This document shows, piece after piece, positions 25,914 through 34,685 of a stretch of DNA of 64,000 nucleotides (positions are counted from its first letter, which is position 1; the number at the start of each line of letters is the position of its first letter). Source of the stretch: an uncultured Muribaculaceae bacterium. GTDB lineage: Bacteria; Bacteroidota; Bacteroidia; Bacteroidales; Muribaculaceae. Below the pieces are notes generated by a model. It saw only the letters and a list, made by a program, of their open reading frames with translations. It made no database searches and was not told the DNA's origin. The DNA lies in NCBI GenBank assembly GCA_947626355.1, contig CANQRV010000005.1, positions 7,573-71,572 of the forward strand. The letters run 5' to 3'. Both the position numbers and the translations under genes were made by a program.

Positions 25914-27113
25914 ATGAAGACACTCACCACCAAGACCGGCATTACGGTCAGATTCACCTTTTTAGTAATATATCTTGCGGCGCTTAGCGCGTTCGGCTCG
26001 TTTGTCAACGACATGTATGTGCCTTCGCTCCCCTCGATGACCGGCTATTTCCACTGCTCGGTGCCGACAGTGCAGCTCGGCCTTACATTCGGAATGATAG
26101 GCCTGGGCCTGGGACAGATCCTGCTTGGCCCGTTCAGCGACAAATACGGACGCAAGCCGATCCTGGTGGCCTCTGTGCTGGTGTTCATAGCCGGAGCGGT
26201 GGCCTCCCTGTTCTCCCCCACCATCCATTTCTTCCTCGGGTGTCGGCTCGTGCAGGGCATAGGGGCGTCGGGAGGGTATTTCCTGGCGCGCAGCATCCCG
26301 ACCGACTTCTTCCAGGGGCGGCAGCTGGCGAAGACCATGGCCATCGTGGGCGCCATCAACGGGTTTGCGCCGGCCAGCGCGCCGGTGATCGGCGGGTTTG
26401 TGTCGCAGCATTTCGACTGGAAAGGCGTGTTTGTGGTGCTGACGGCGTTTGCCGTCATTCTGCTGGCGTTCTCGCCGATGCTGAAGGAGAGCCTGCCGGA
26501 GGCTAAGCTCGAACAGGGAAGCGTATGGAAAGCCTTCAAGGCCTACGGGCCGCTGCTTTGCGACCGGCCGTTCATGACCCATGTGCTGCTTAAAGGCGCG
26601 GCGCTGGGACTGCTGTTCGCCTACATATCATCGGCGCCGTTCATCATGCAGACCCATTACGGATTCCGGCAGGATGTGTTCGGCTGCATCATGGGAGCCA
26701 ACTCCATCATGGTGGCCACGGGATCGATGCTGGCGCTGAGGTTCAAGCCGTTGAAGCGGGCTGCCTTCACCGGAGGGGTCTGCGTGGCTGCGAGCGTGGC
26801 GCTGGAGAGCGTGGCGCTCCTTTGCTTCGACTCGTTCTGGCTCTACGAGCTGCTGCTTCTTCCCATCCTCTTCTCGTCAGGGATGATCTTCACGGCGGGC
26901 AACACGCTGGCGATGAACGAGGGCCGGAGCGACGCGGGCGATGCGTCGGCCATCCTCGGTGTGGCCGGCTACGCATTCGGAGCGGTCGTGGCGCCCCTTG
27001 TGGGCCGTGGCAATATCATGCATTCCACGGCATGGGTATTCATCGGCCTGGCTGTGATCATCGTCGTCTTCTCGCTGCTCACGCGCCGAGTCCCGGCCGA
27101 CCTGGAGAAATAG
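25914..27113 (+). CDS. Bcr/CflA-family MFS drug efflux transporter
   Basis: DMYVPSLP, GPFSDKYGRKP, CRLVQGIG and APVIGG motifs; about 12 TM segments. Confidence 0.9.
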   Translation: MKTLTTKTGITVRFTFLVIYLAALSAFGSFVNDMYVPSLPSMTGYFHCSVPTVQLGLTFGMIGLGLGQILLGPFSDKYGRKPILVASVLVFIAGAVASLFSPTIHFFLGCRLVQGIGASGGYFLARSIPTDFFQGRQLAKTMAIVGAINGFAPASAPVIGGFVSQHFDWKGVFVVLTAFAVILLAFSPMLKESLPEAKLEQGSVWKAFKAYGPLLCDRPFMTHVLLKGAALGLLFAYISSAPFIMQTHYGFRQDVFGCIMGANSIMVATGSMLALRFKPLKRAAFTGGVCVAASVALESVALLCFDSFWLYELLLLPILFSSGMIFTAGNTLAMNEGRSDAGDASAILGVAGYAFGAVVAPLVGRGNIMHSTAWVFIGLAVIIVVFSLLTRRVPADLEK

Positions 27114-27178
27114 GCATGGCGGCGGCAACGCCCGGAATAGCGTCGTCGCCGTCAAGCAACGCAACGGATTGTGAGGAA

Positions 27179-27622
27179 TCACTCCTTCGGTGACTGGGAT
27201 AGGCGCGACTGGCGGTTCTCCACTATGTAGGATACCACGAGGCCCAGGCCGCCGAACAGGAACATGGAGGCCGCGAATATCACGCCGTATATGCCGTCGG
27301 TGAAGTCCCACTGGTCGAGGATGCGCGGATTGAGCGCCACATCTATGAGGATGCCAGCGAGCATGCCGAGACCAATTCCCATGAGCGCGAGGGCCCAGCG
27401 CAGGGAGGTGAAGCGTCCTATTCCTGACGATTGGAAATCGAGAAGCGACCGCTGCCTCTGAAGGCGCCGGGCGCATGTTTCGGATGCGTCGGCAGGGATC
27501 TCGTTCATCTTCTCTATAAAGAGGATGCGCTCGCGGCGCGTGGCGTAAAGCTGAAAAATCCTGTAGATGGTCTCGCCGATGATGAAGAGCACCAGAGGCA
27601 CCATGATGAAATCCATATTCAT
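27179..27622 (-). CDS. DUF6249-like membrane protein
   Basis: N-terminal TM, RRERILFIEK, SLRWALALMGIGLG and MFLFGGLGLVVSY motifs; divergent from ECF sigma. Confidence 0.7.
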   Translation of the reverse strand: MNMDFIMVPLVLFIIGETIYRIFQLYATRRERILFIEKMNEIPADASETCARRLQRQRSLLDFQSSGIGRFTSLRWALALMGIGLGMLAGILIDVALNPRILDQWDFTDGIYGVIFAASMFLFGGLGLVVSYIVENRQSRLSQSPKE

Positions 27623-27674
27623 AATGTGATGTGTTTTATGGGTTGATGAAATGATTTTGTTAATTTTGTAACCG

Positions 27675-27704
27675 TTTGACGCATGGCGGGTCCCTGCGGT
27701 TACA
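27675..27704 (-). promoter_or_regulatory. ECF-type promoter driving the DUF6249 gene
   Basis: Minus strand reads TGTAACCGCA-gggacccgccatg-CGTCAAA (TGTAAC-N17-CGTC). Confidence 0.75.
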
Positions 27705-27737
27705 CCACCGCGGGAAAAATATTTTTCTTTTTTCACG

Positions 27738-27767
27738 TGTAACCGCATCCCCTCTCCTTCCGTCAAA
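27738..27767 (+). promoter_or_regulatory. ECF-type autoregulatory promoter of the sigma gene
   Basis: TGTAACCGCA-tcccctctccttc-CGTCAAA, ending 9 nt before the sigma ATG. Confidence 0.75.
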
Positions 27768-27776
27768 AATGGCGAC

Positions 27777-28376
27777 ATGACACTTTTCAACCTGACATCA
27801 CGCCGCTCCCGCCCCAGGCCGGACTCCGACAGCGAGCTTCTCGCCTCGGTGGCCGCCACAGGCGACACCATAGCCTTCGAGACCCTTGTGGAGAAGTATT
27901 CCGCAAGGGTATTCGCTCTGGTTGTGCGCGTCACGGGCTCGGCGCCCGATGCCGAGGATATCACCCAGGAGATCATGATGCAGGTCTACAGCCGCGCCGC
28001 CTCCTTCACGGGAGGCTCGGCCGTGGGCACCTGGATATTCCGCATCGCCTACAATATGGCAATCGACCACGAGCGGCGCCTCGCCAGCCGCCGCAGGCGC
28101 CTGGGCGACGAGACTCCGCTCACTGCCGCCGAGGCGTCGCTCCAGACGTCGGGTGAGGATGAGGCCGACCCGCGCGTAGACCTGCTGGTGGAAGCGATGC
28201 AGGCCCTTCCTCCCGACGACCGAGCGCTTCTGACGTTATACTATTATGACTCTCGCCCCGTTGCAGAGATAGCGGAAATCATGCACCTGTCGCAGTCGAA
28301 CGTGAAGGTGCGTCTCATGCGCCTCCGCCGTCGCCTCAAGGAGGCGATCACCTCCGGGCTGACGCCCCAAACATGA
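27777..28376 (+). CDS. ECF-subfamily RNA polymerase sigma factor
   Basis: Region 2 (DAEDITQE, TWIFRIAYN) and region 4 (IAEIMHLSQSNVKVRLMRLR) only. Confidence 0.92.
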   Translation: MTLFNLTSRRSRPRPDSDSELLASVAATGDTIAFETLVEKYSARVFALVVRVTGSAPDAEDITQEIMMQVYSRAASFTGGSAVGTWIFRIAYNMAIDHERRLASRRRRLGDETPLTAAEASLQTSGEDEADPRVDLLVEAMQALPPDDRALLTLYYYDSRPVAEIAEIMHLSQSNVKVRLMRLRRRLKEAITSGLTPQT

Positions 28377-28846
28377 AAGGACTTTTTATGGAAAAGAGAA
28401 TCATACCCGGCACATCGAAAGCCGGAAATACAGATACCGACGCCAGGCTCGACGCCCTGATCGCCCGCTCGGTGTCGCGCCTCGACAGCTCGCCGGGCCT
28501 TGCCCCCGGATTCGCGCGGCGCACCGCCACCCTGGCGGCGGCCCGGGCGCGTCGGGAGCGTGAGCGCGAGGAGCGGCGGGAGAGACTGATGGCACGCGTG
28601 GTGCCCGTGGCATGTGTAGTGGCGGCCGTCGTGGCTCTCGTCATCGTGATGCCGGAGCTGCCCGGAGCCCTGGCCATGTCGGTGGCAACGCCGCTCAGGA
28701 GCATACTGTCAGGCATGGAGGTCTCACCCTACGCACTTCGGCTGGTCGGCACCGTGGCCGTGGTCGGTGCGATGCTCGCCGGGCTCAACGCCGTGTTGCG
28801 GCGTCATGCCTCACACCGGACACAGGGCGCAGCACAGCATACCTGA
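28373..28846 (+). CDS. Putative membrane anti-sigma factor
   Basis: ATGA overlap with the sigma stop; short cytoplasmic N-terminus, Arg/Glu-rich helix and two hydrophobic segments. Confidence 0.55.
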   Translation: MKGLFMEKRIIPGTSKAGNTDTDARLDALIARSVSRLDSSPGLAPGFARRTATLAAARARREREREERRERLMARVVPVACVVAAVVALVIVMPELPGALAMSVATPLRSILSGMEVSPYALRLVGTVAVVGAMLAGLNAVLRRHASHRTQGAAQHT

Positions 28847-28940
28847 TAGCTCTCCTGCGCTTACCCTTCTCCCCTTTTCCAATCCCTTTTATTGGACATC
28901 TGAAAACAATTGGCTAATTTTGCAGATATAAAAGGGACTT

Positions 28941-30320
28941 GTGATGACTCAGACAATAAAATCGGCCGACAGAATGCAGGAACTCGGCACACTCCCCGTG
29001 TGGCGTCTGCTCCTAAAATACAGTATACCCGCCGTGGTGGGCACTGTCGTCATGGCCATCTACAACATCATAGACTCGATAGTGATCGGCCATGCCATCC
29101 CCGACCCCAACGTGGTGGCCGGCATCGCCGTCACCTTTCCCGTGATGAACATCTCCACGGCCTTCGGCATGCTGGTAGGCATCGGCGCGGCCACCCGCAT
29201 CTCGATTGTATTCGGGCAGAACGACAGGCGCATGGCGGGGCTGGTACTCGGCAACTCGGTGCAGCTCACCATCCTCATGGGCATCTTCTACGTGACGATG
29301 TTCTCGCTCTTCCTCGACGACATACTGCTGCTGTTCGGAGCCTCCCCCCACTCGCTGCCCTACGCCAGGGAGTTTCTGCTGTGGGTGCTTCCGGGCATGG
29401 TGCTGATGAACCTCACCTTCTCCTACAACAACGTGATGCGCGCCACCGGCTATCCGGGCAAGGCGATGTGGACCAACCTCATCGGCGCCTTCCTCAACGC
29501 AGGCCTCGCGCCACTCTTCCTCTTCGGCTTCAAGTGGGGGATACGCGGCGCCGCGATCGCCACCGACATCTCGATGGTGGTCACCGCCTTCTTCGTCATG
29601 TGGCATTTCTTCCAGAAGAAGAGCCTGCTGCATTTCGAGCGCGACACCTTCCGCCTCAACTGGCGGGTGATCAAGTCGATACTCTACATCGGCATGTCGC
29701 CCTTCCTCATCAACCTCACCGGAGCCTCGGTCAATGCCATAATCAACAACTCGCTGCTTCATTACGGCGGCGACAACGCCATCGCCGCCGTGGTGGTCTT
29801 CAACCGGTTTGTCACCCTGTTCGTGATGGTGGTGCTCGGCATCTGCCAGGGCATGCAGCCGATCCTCGGCTACAACTACGGCTCGCGACGCCTCGGGCGC
29901 CTCTTCTCCACGCTGCGGCTGGCGGCCGGATGCGCCCTGGTGATCACCACCATAGGGAGCCTTGTCGGAGCGCTCAACGGCCGCTTCATAGCCTCGCTGT
30001 TCATGACCGACCCCACTCAGATCGACTGCGCCACCAACTGCCTGCGCATCACCACCGTGACCTTCTGGATGGTGGGATTCCAGATTGTCGGCACCAACTT
30101 CTTCCAGTCGCTCGGCATGGCGCTGAAGTCGGTGTTCCTGTCGCTCACGCGCCAGATCATCTTCATGATTCCGATGCTCTTCATCCTGCCGCCGCATTTC
30201 GGCCTCGACGGCGTGTGGGCCTCCTTCCCGGTGGCCGATTTCCTTGCCACCATCGTCACGGCCTTCATGCTCATGTGGCAGATACGCAAGATCAGACAAG
30301 AGCAAGCAGCTGCTCGATGA
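28941..30320 (+). CDS. MATE-family efflux transporter
   Basis: YNIIDSIVIG, GIRGAAIAT, GMQPILGYNYG and GVWASFPVAD motifs; TAATTTTG at 28915-28922 upstream. Confidence 0.92.
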   Translation: MMTQTIKSADRMQELGTLPVWRLLLKYSIPAVVGTVVMAIYNIIDSIVIGHAIPDPNVVAGIAVTFPVMNISTAFGMLVGIGAATRISIVFGQNDRRMAGLVLGNSVQLTILMGIFYVTMFSLFLDDILLLFGASPHSLPYAREFLLWVLPGMVLMNLTFSYNNVMRATGYPGKAMWTNLIGAFLNAGLAPLFLFGFKWGIRGAAIATDISMVVTAFFVMWHFFQKKSLLHFERDTFRLNWRVIKSILYIGMSPFLINLTGASVNAIINNSLLHYGGDNAIAAVVVFNRFVTLFVMVVLGICQGMQPILGYNYGSRRLGRLFSTLRLAAGCALVITTIGSLVGALNGRFIASLFMTDPTQIDCATNCLRITTVTFWMVGFQIVGTNFFQSLGMALKSVFLSLTRQIIFMIPMLFILPPHFGLDGVWASFPVADFLATIVTAFMLMWQIRKIRQEQAAAR

Positions 30321-31821
30321 TGCGGCGGTCGTTGCTCAGTCGCGGCACCTTGCGCTGTCCGCCGAGCTTATGGGTTCCGGCTCGCGACAGCCACCTCTCG
30401 AAAAGCCCGGATGGCACGGCGACAATCTCCGGAGGGTCAAGGAATATCGTGTGCATGCGCTTGGCGTCGTAGTCGGAGTTCAGCTTCCTCAGCTCCCTGT
30501 CGAGACACTCCGCAAACTCATCTGCGGAACGGGGCGCCGTCTCCCATTCCACGAGCCACTGGTGGCGTCCGCGGCGCTCGCCGGCAGCATACATCGGGCC
30601 CGCCGTATAATTGCGTATGGAGGCTCCGGTGGCCGCGCAGGCCGCGGCGATGGCCCGCTCGGCATTGTCTTCCATCAGCTCCTCGCCGAAAGCATTGATG
30701 AAGCTTTTCGTGCGCCCGACGATGCGTATTTTCACAGGATCGGTCTGCTCGACACGCACGGTGTCGCCGAGATGGTAGCGCCAGAGGCCGTTGCTTGAGC
30801 TCACCAGCATCTCATACACCTTGCCCTTCTCCACCTCCCAGGCCCCGAGAGGGTCGCTGTCGGGAGAATCGACAGGTATGAACTCATAGAAGACGTCGCG
30901 GTCTATTATCAGGAGCATTGAATGCGAGGCCGGGTCGTCCTGCACGGCGAAAAAACCCTCCGAGGCATTGTAGGTCTCCACGAAATGCATGTCGAGTCCC
31001 TCGGTGAGCACGCGGTATTCCTCGCGGTATGGCTCGAAGGAGATGCCGCCGTGGAAAAACACCTCCAGATCGGGCCATACCCCGGAGATGCGGTTTTTCC
31101 CCTCGGCCTCGAGAACGCGCTTCAGTACTGTGAGAAACCATGACGGCACGCCGGAGATATTGGTGATGTGCTCGCGGCGGGCCTTCTCCACGAGGGCAGG
31201 GAGCTTTGTCTCCCAGTCAGGCATCAGCGCCGTGACCTTGTCGGGCACACGCACCATATTGGCCAGCGGCGTTATGCGGTCGATCAGCGTGGCGCTGAGG
31301 TCGCCGATCCTGACTGAAGAGTCCACACCGGGAAGACGCTGCGTGGTGAACGACCCTCCGAGTATAAAACCCTTTCCGCCGAACATGCGGCTGCGGGGAT
31401 TGTGGCGCAGATAATGGGCCACCGCGTCGGCGGCTCCCCGGTAATGGTTGCCGCGCAGCGAGTCGTGGGTGACGGGTATGAACTTCGACTTGCCTCCGCT
31501 CGTTCCGCTCGACTGGGCAAAATTGCGGCATATACCGGGCCAGAGCACGTCTCTCTCGCCTGCTATCATCCTCATAACGTCGCGCCGCAGCTCCTCGTAG
31601 GACACGGTGGGCACCTCGCGGCGGTATGCCTCATAGGCGTCGGCCTCGCGCGACATCAGTCTGAAATCATGGCGCATGCCGGGCTTCGACGACGCCCCGC
31701 GGCTCAGCAGGCTGCGCAAGACGCCCTGCTGGAGCCCCGCCGTATGCCCTTCCCAACGGTCGCAGCGCCGCGACAGATTTATAAAATATGGCCGCACAAG
31801 CGGCGTCATGTCTATTCTCAT
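30292..31821 (-). CDS. GH3 auxin-responsive-like acyl-acid amido synthetase family protein
   Basis: AQSSGTSGGKSKFIP, ETYNASEGFFA, GLWRYHLGDTV and GGQRKVPRL motifs; start at 31821 or 31809. Confidence 0.88.
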   Translation of the reverse strand: MRIDMTPLVRPYFINLSRRCDRWEGHTAGLQQGVLRSLLSRGASSKPGMRHDFRLMSREADAYEAYRREVPTVSYEELRRDVMRMIAGERDVLWPGICRNFAQSSGTSGGKSKFIPVTHDSLRGNHYRGAADAVAHYLRHNPRSRMFGGKGFILGGSFTTQRLPGVDSSVRIGDLSATLIDRITPLANMVRVPDKVTALMPDWETKLPALVEKARREHITNISGVPSWFLTVLKRVLEAEGKNRISGVWPDLEVFFHGGISFEPYREEYRVLTEGLDMHFVETYNASEGFFAVQDDPASHSMLLIIDRDVFYEFIPVDSPDSDPLGAWEVEKGKVYEMLVSSSNGLWRYHLGDTVRVEQTDPVKIRIVGRTKSFINAFGEELMEDNAERAIAAACAATGASIRNYTAGPMYAAGERRGRHQWLVEWETAPRSADEFAECLDRELRKLNSDYDAKRMHTIFLDPPEIVAVPSGLFERWLSRAGTHKLGGQRKVPRLSNDRRIIEQLLALV

Positions 31822-31921
31822 TCTACTTTCAGACGGTTTTGTGAAACCGGGCTGCAAATATAACAAAAATTATTATTAATTTTGCACTCTGTTCCCTTAT
31901 CCCGTCATCTCATCAGCGTAT

Positions 31922-32773
31922 ATGGCTAAAAACACCAGGTCATTATTGATTGTCGCGGCAGTTCTCCTCGCCCTCCTCGCACCGCTGAGCGCCGCCGCGC
32001 AGATCATACCCGTCGAGGAGCAGAAGACCTACATCGATTCTCTCCGCAAAGAGCTCTACGGCCCGCATTTCGGATTATACAAGTATAATTACTTCACCGT
32101 GGGCACCGCCGTGGGCACAAAACCCACCCGCACCAACTCCGACGTGAAATTCCAGATCTCGCTCGCCTACCGCATCACCAACGGCACGCTGCCCTGGGGC
32201 ACATTCCTCAACATCATCTACACCCAGAAGACATTCTGGAATGTGTTTGAGAATTCACTGCCGATGCACGACCTCAACTTCAATCCCGGCATAGCATGGA
32301 CCAAGCCCTTCTTCAGCAAAGACCGCTATGTCGGAAAGATGACGCTGCTCATAGAGCACGAGAGCAACGGGCGAGACAGCATCCAGAGCCGCTCCTGGAA
32401 CAGGGTCTCCTTCTGCGGGTCGGCCGTGATCAGCGACCAGCTCATGGTTCACGCCAAGCTCTGGATCCCCATCATCGACGGCCAGAACAACAAGGATATC
32501 CTCGATTATTGCGGCATACTCCAGCACGGGGTGGTCTACACCACGCCCAACCAGAACTTCCAGTTCGGGCTCACGCTCGTGAAGCGCAAGGGGTGGAACC
32601 TCAACTACAACACCATCGTCGACGCCTGCTGGAGAATCAACAAGAAAGCCAACCTCAATCTTTTCGCCCAGTATTACAACGGCTACGGCGAGAACCTGCT
32701 CGACTACAACCGGTTTCACTCGCGTCTGCGCGTCGGCATAGTGTTCAAGCCTTATTTCTTTTCAGATTTCTGA
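31922..32773 (+). CDS. pldA: Outer-membrane phospholipase A (OMPLA)
   Basis: Catalytic EHESNG...SRSWNR motif, KFQISL, YNGYGENLLDYN; signal peptide; terminal Phe. Confidence 0.92.
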   Translation: MAKNTRSLLIVAAVLLALLAPLSAAAQIIPVEEQKTYIDSLRKELYGPHFGLYKYNYFTVGTAVGTKPTRTNSDVKFQISLAYRITNGTLPWGTFLNIIYTQKTFWNVFENSLPMHDLNFNPGIAWTKPFFSKDRYVGKMTLLIEHESNGRDSIQSRSWNRVSFCGSAVISDQLMVHAKLWIPIIDGQNNKDILDYCGILQHGVVYTTPNQNFQFGLTLVKRKGWNLNYNTIVDACWRINKKANLNLFAQYYNGYGENLLDYNRFHSRLRVGIVFKPYFFSDF

Positions 32774-32774
32774 T

Positions 32775-34043
32775 ATGACATCGCTTGATTTCGGGCTTCT
32801 GCCCGTCATATTGTTCTGTGCGGGCCTGACGGCCGCCATCTTCGTGTGTGGTCCGGGCCTTGCCAAGACGCGGCGCGTGGGGCGCAGGCTTCCCACGGCC
32901 ACTGTCGCCGACACCCCGGATTCCGGCTGTATCCCCGTCGCCGGCGAGGCCGGCGACGGCGGAGCCATCGAGAGCGCCGAGGAGACACTTCCGGGCGCCG
33001 ACGAGACACTTCCGGGCGCCGACGTCACGGTCGTGGTCTACGCCTTCGCCGCAATCGACTATCTCGACACGTATCTCGAGAGGCTCATGAGCCAGACACT
33101 GCGCGGATTCAGGGTGGTGCTCGTCTACGACGCCGGGGCCGAGGCCACCGCCATCCTCTCGGAGAGATATGCAGGAGTGTATCCCGACCTCTACATCACA
33201 TTCGTGCCGCCCGGCTCCCACAACCTCAGCCGCCGCAAGCTCGCCCTCACCATCGGAATGAAGGCCGCCACCACCGGAATAGTGGTGACCACCACCTCCA
33301 ACTGCGACATCCCCTCCGACTGCTGGCTCGAGGAGCTCACGGCCCCGCTGCGCGACGACGCAGACGTGAAGATCGCGCTCGGCTACTCCCATTACAGTTT
33401 CGACGAGCTCCACGGGCCCGGCAAATGGTACCGCCAGTTCGACCATACCGTCACCTCCATACAATGGCTCGGATCAGCCCTCGGCGGCCATCCATACCGC
33501 GGCGACCGGTTCAACCTCGCCTACCGCCGCGACCTCTTCTTCGACAGCCGCGGCTTCTACACCTCGCTCGACCTCGAGAGCGGCGAAGACGACATCTTCG
33601 TCAACGACTATGCCGACGCCGCCAACACCCGTGTGGCCGTATCCCCGCAGAGCGTGCTCACCACCCTCTGGGGACACTCCGCGGGGCGCATGTGGGTCGA
33701 CCAGAAGGAGCGCTACGACTTCAACCGCCGCTGGCTTCCCGCCAGGCCGTTCATATTCGAGGGGATGACCTCCGCGGCTCGCCTCACGGCCCTGGGATGT
33801 CTCACGGCATCGGCCATCGTCGCCCTCCCCTCCATTGTGCCTGCCGCAGCAGTTCTGGCCGTGACTGTGGCATGGTGGGGCATCGAGATCGCCGTCTACC
33901 GCCGCGCAGCCGCGCGCCTGGAGGCCGTAAGGCTCTGGTGGGCGCTCCCCTTGTTCAGGCTCTGGCGCCCGCTGGGCAACCTGATTTTCAAGGCGCGCCA
34001 TTACCGCGACCGATACCGCAATTTCAACTACATAGGGAGCTGA
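32775..34043 (+). CDS. Glycosyltransferase family 2, membrane-associated
   Basis: SRRKLALTIGMKAA, GEDDIFVN, W..QKERY (QxxRW-like) motifs; C-terminal TM segments. Confidence 0.8.
   Translation: MTSLDFGLLPVILFCAGLTAAIFVCGPGLAKTRRVGRRLPTATVADTPDSGCIPVAGEAGDGGAIESAEETLPGADETLPGADVTVVVYAFAAIDYLDTYLERLMSQTLRGFRVVLVYDAGAEATAILSERYAGVYPDLYITFVPPGSHNLSRRKLALTIGMKAATTGIVVTTTSNCDIPSDCWLEELTAPLRDDADVKIALGYSHYSFDELHGPGKWYRQFDHTVTSIQWLGSALGGHPYRGDRFNLAYRRDLFFDSRGFYTSLDLESGEDDIFVNDYADAANTRVAVSPQSVLTTLWGHSAGRMWVDQKERYDFNRRWLPARPFIFEGMTSAARLTALGCLTASAIVALPSIVPAAAVLAVTVAWWGIEIAVYRRAAARLEAVRLWWALPLFRLWRPLGNLIFKARHYRDRYRNFNYIGS
32982..33023 (+). repeat. 21-bp in-frame tandem duplication (ETLPGAD x2)
   Basis: gagacacttccgggcgccgac at 32982-33002 and 33003-33023. 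Confidence 0.95.
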
Positions 34044-34094
34044 AATATCGGCTGTCCCACCAAATATAAGACTCACTTTCTCGTTATCAATAAT

Positions 34095-34685
34095 ATGAAC
34101 GAGATTGTATTTGCATCCAACAACCCGCATAAACTGGAGGAGGTGAGGAAAATCGGGGGCGATCGTCTCCGCATCCTCTCCCTCTCCGACATCGGCTGCC
34201 ACGACGACATCCCCGAGACAGCCGACACTTTCGCCGGCAACGCCCTGATCAAGGCCCGCTGGGTGAAGAGCCGTTACGGCTACGACTGCTTCGCCGACGA
34301 CACCGGCCTCTGCGTCGACGCCCTCGGCGGCGCCCCCGGAGTCTATTCGGCACGCTACGCAGGCCCGGAATGTGACTCCGAGGCCAATATCGACAAGCTT
34401 CTCCACGCTCTGGAGGGGCGCGGCGACCGCAAGGCGCGGTTCATCACCGACATCGCGCTCTGTCTCGGCGACACAGAGCACGTGTTTCAGGGGCGAGTGG
34501 AGGGCACCATAGCCACCGCCCGCACAGGCGCCGGAGGCTTCGGCTACGACCCGGTGTTTATCGCCGACGAGACAGGACGCTCATTCGCCGAGATGACTCC
34601 CGACGAGAAAAACGCCATCTCCCACCGCGGCCGGGCCATGCGCCGCCTTTTTGATTTCCTCGACAGCCAATGCAGCAATTCATGA
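34095..34685 (+). CDS. rdgB: Non-canonical purine NTP pyrophosphatase (HAM1)
   Basis: ASNNPHKLEE, ADDTGL, PGVYSARY, GFGYDPVF and SHRGRA motifs. Confidence 0.95.
   Translation: MNEIVFASNNPHKLEEVRKIGGDRLRILSLSDIGCHDDIPETADTFAGNALIKARWVKSRYGYDCFADDTGLCVDALGGAPGVYSARYAGPECDSEANIDKLLHALEGRGDRKARFITDIALCLGDTEHVFQGRVEGTIATARTGAGGFGYDPVFIADETGRSFAEMTPDEKNAISHRGRAMRRLFDFLDSQCSNS

Noticed and set aside
27623-27976. Extended 265-aa version of the DUF6249 ORF
   Set aside because: The extension is antisense to the sigma gene and crosses both ECF promoters
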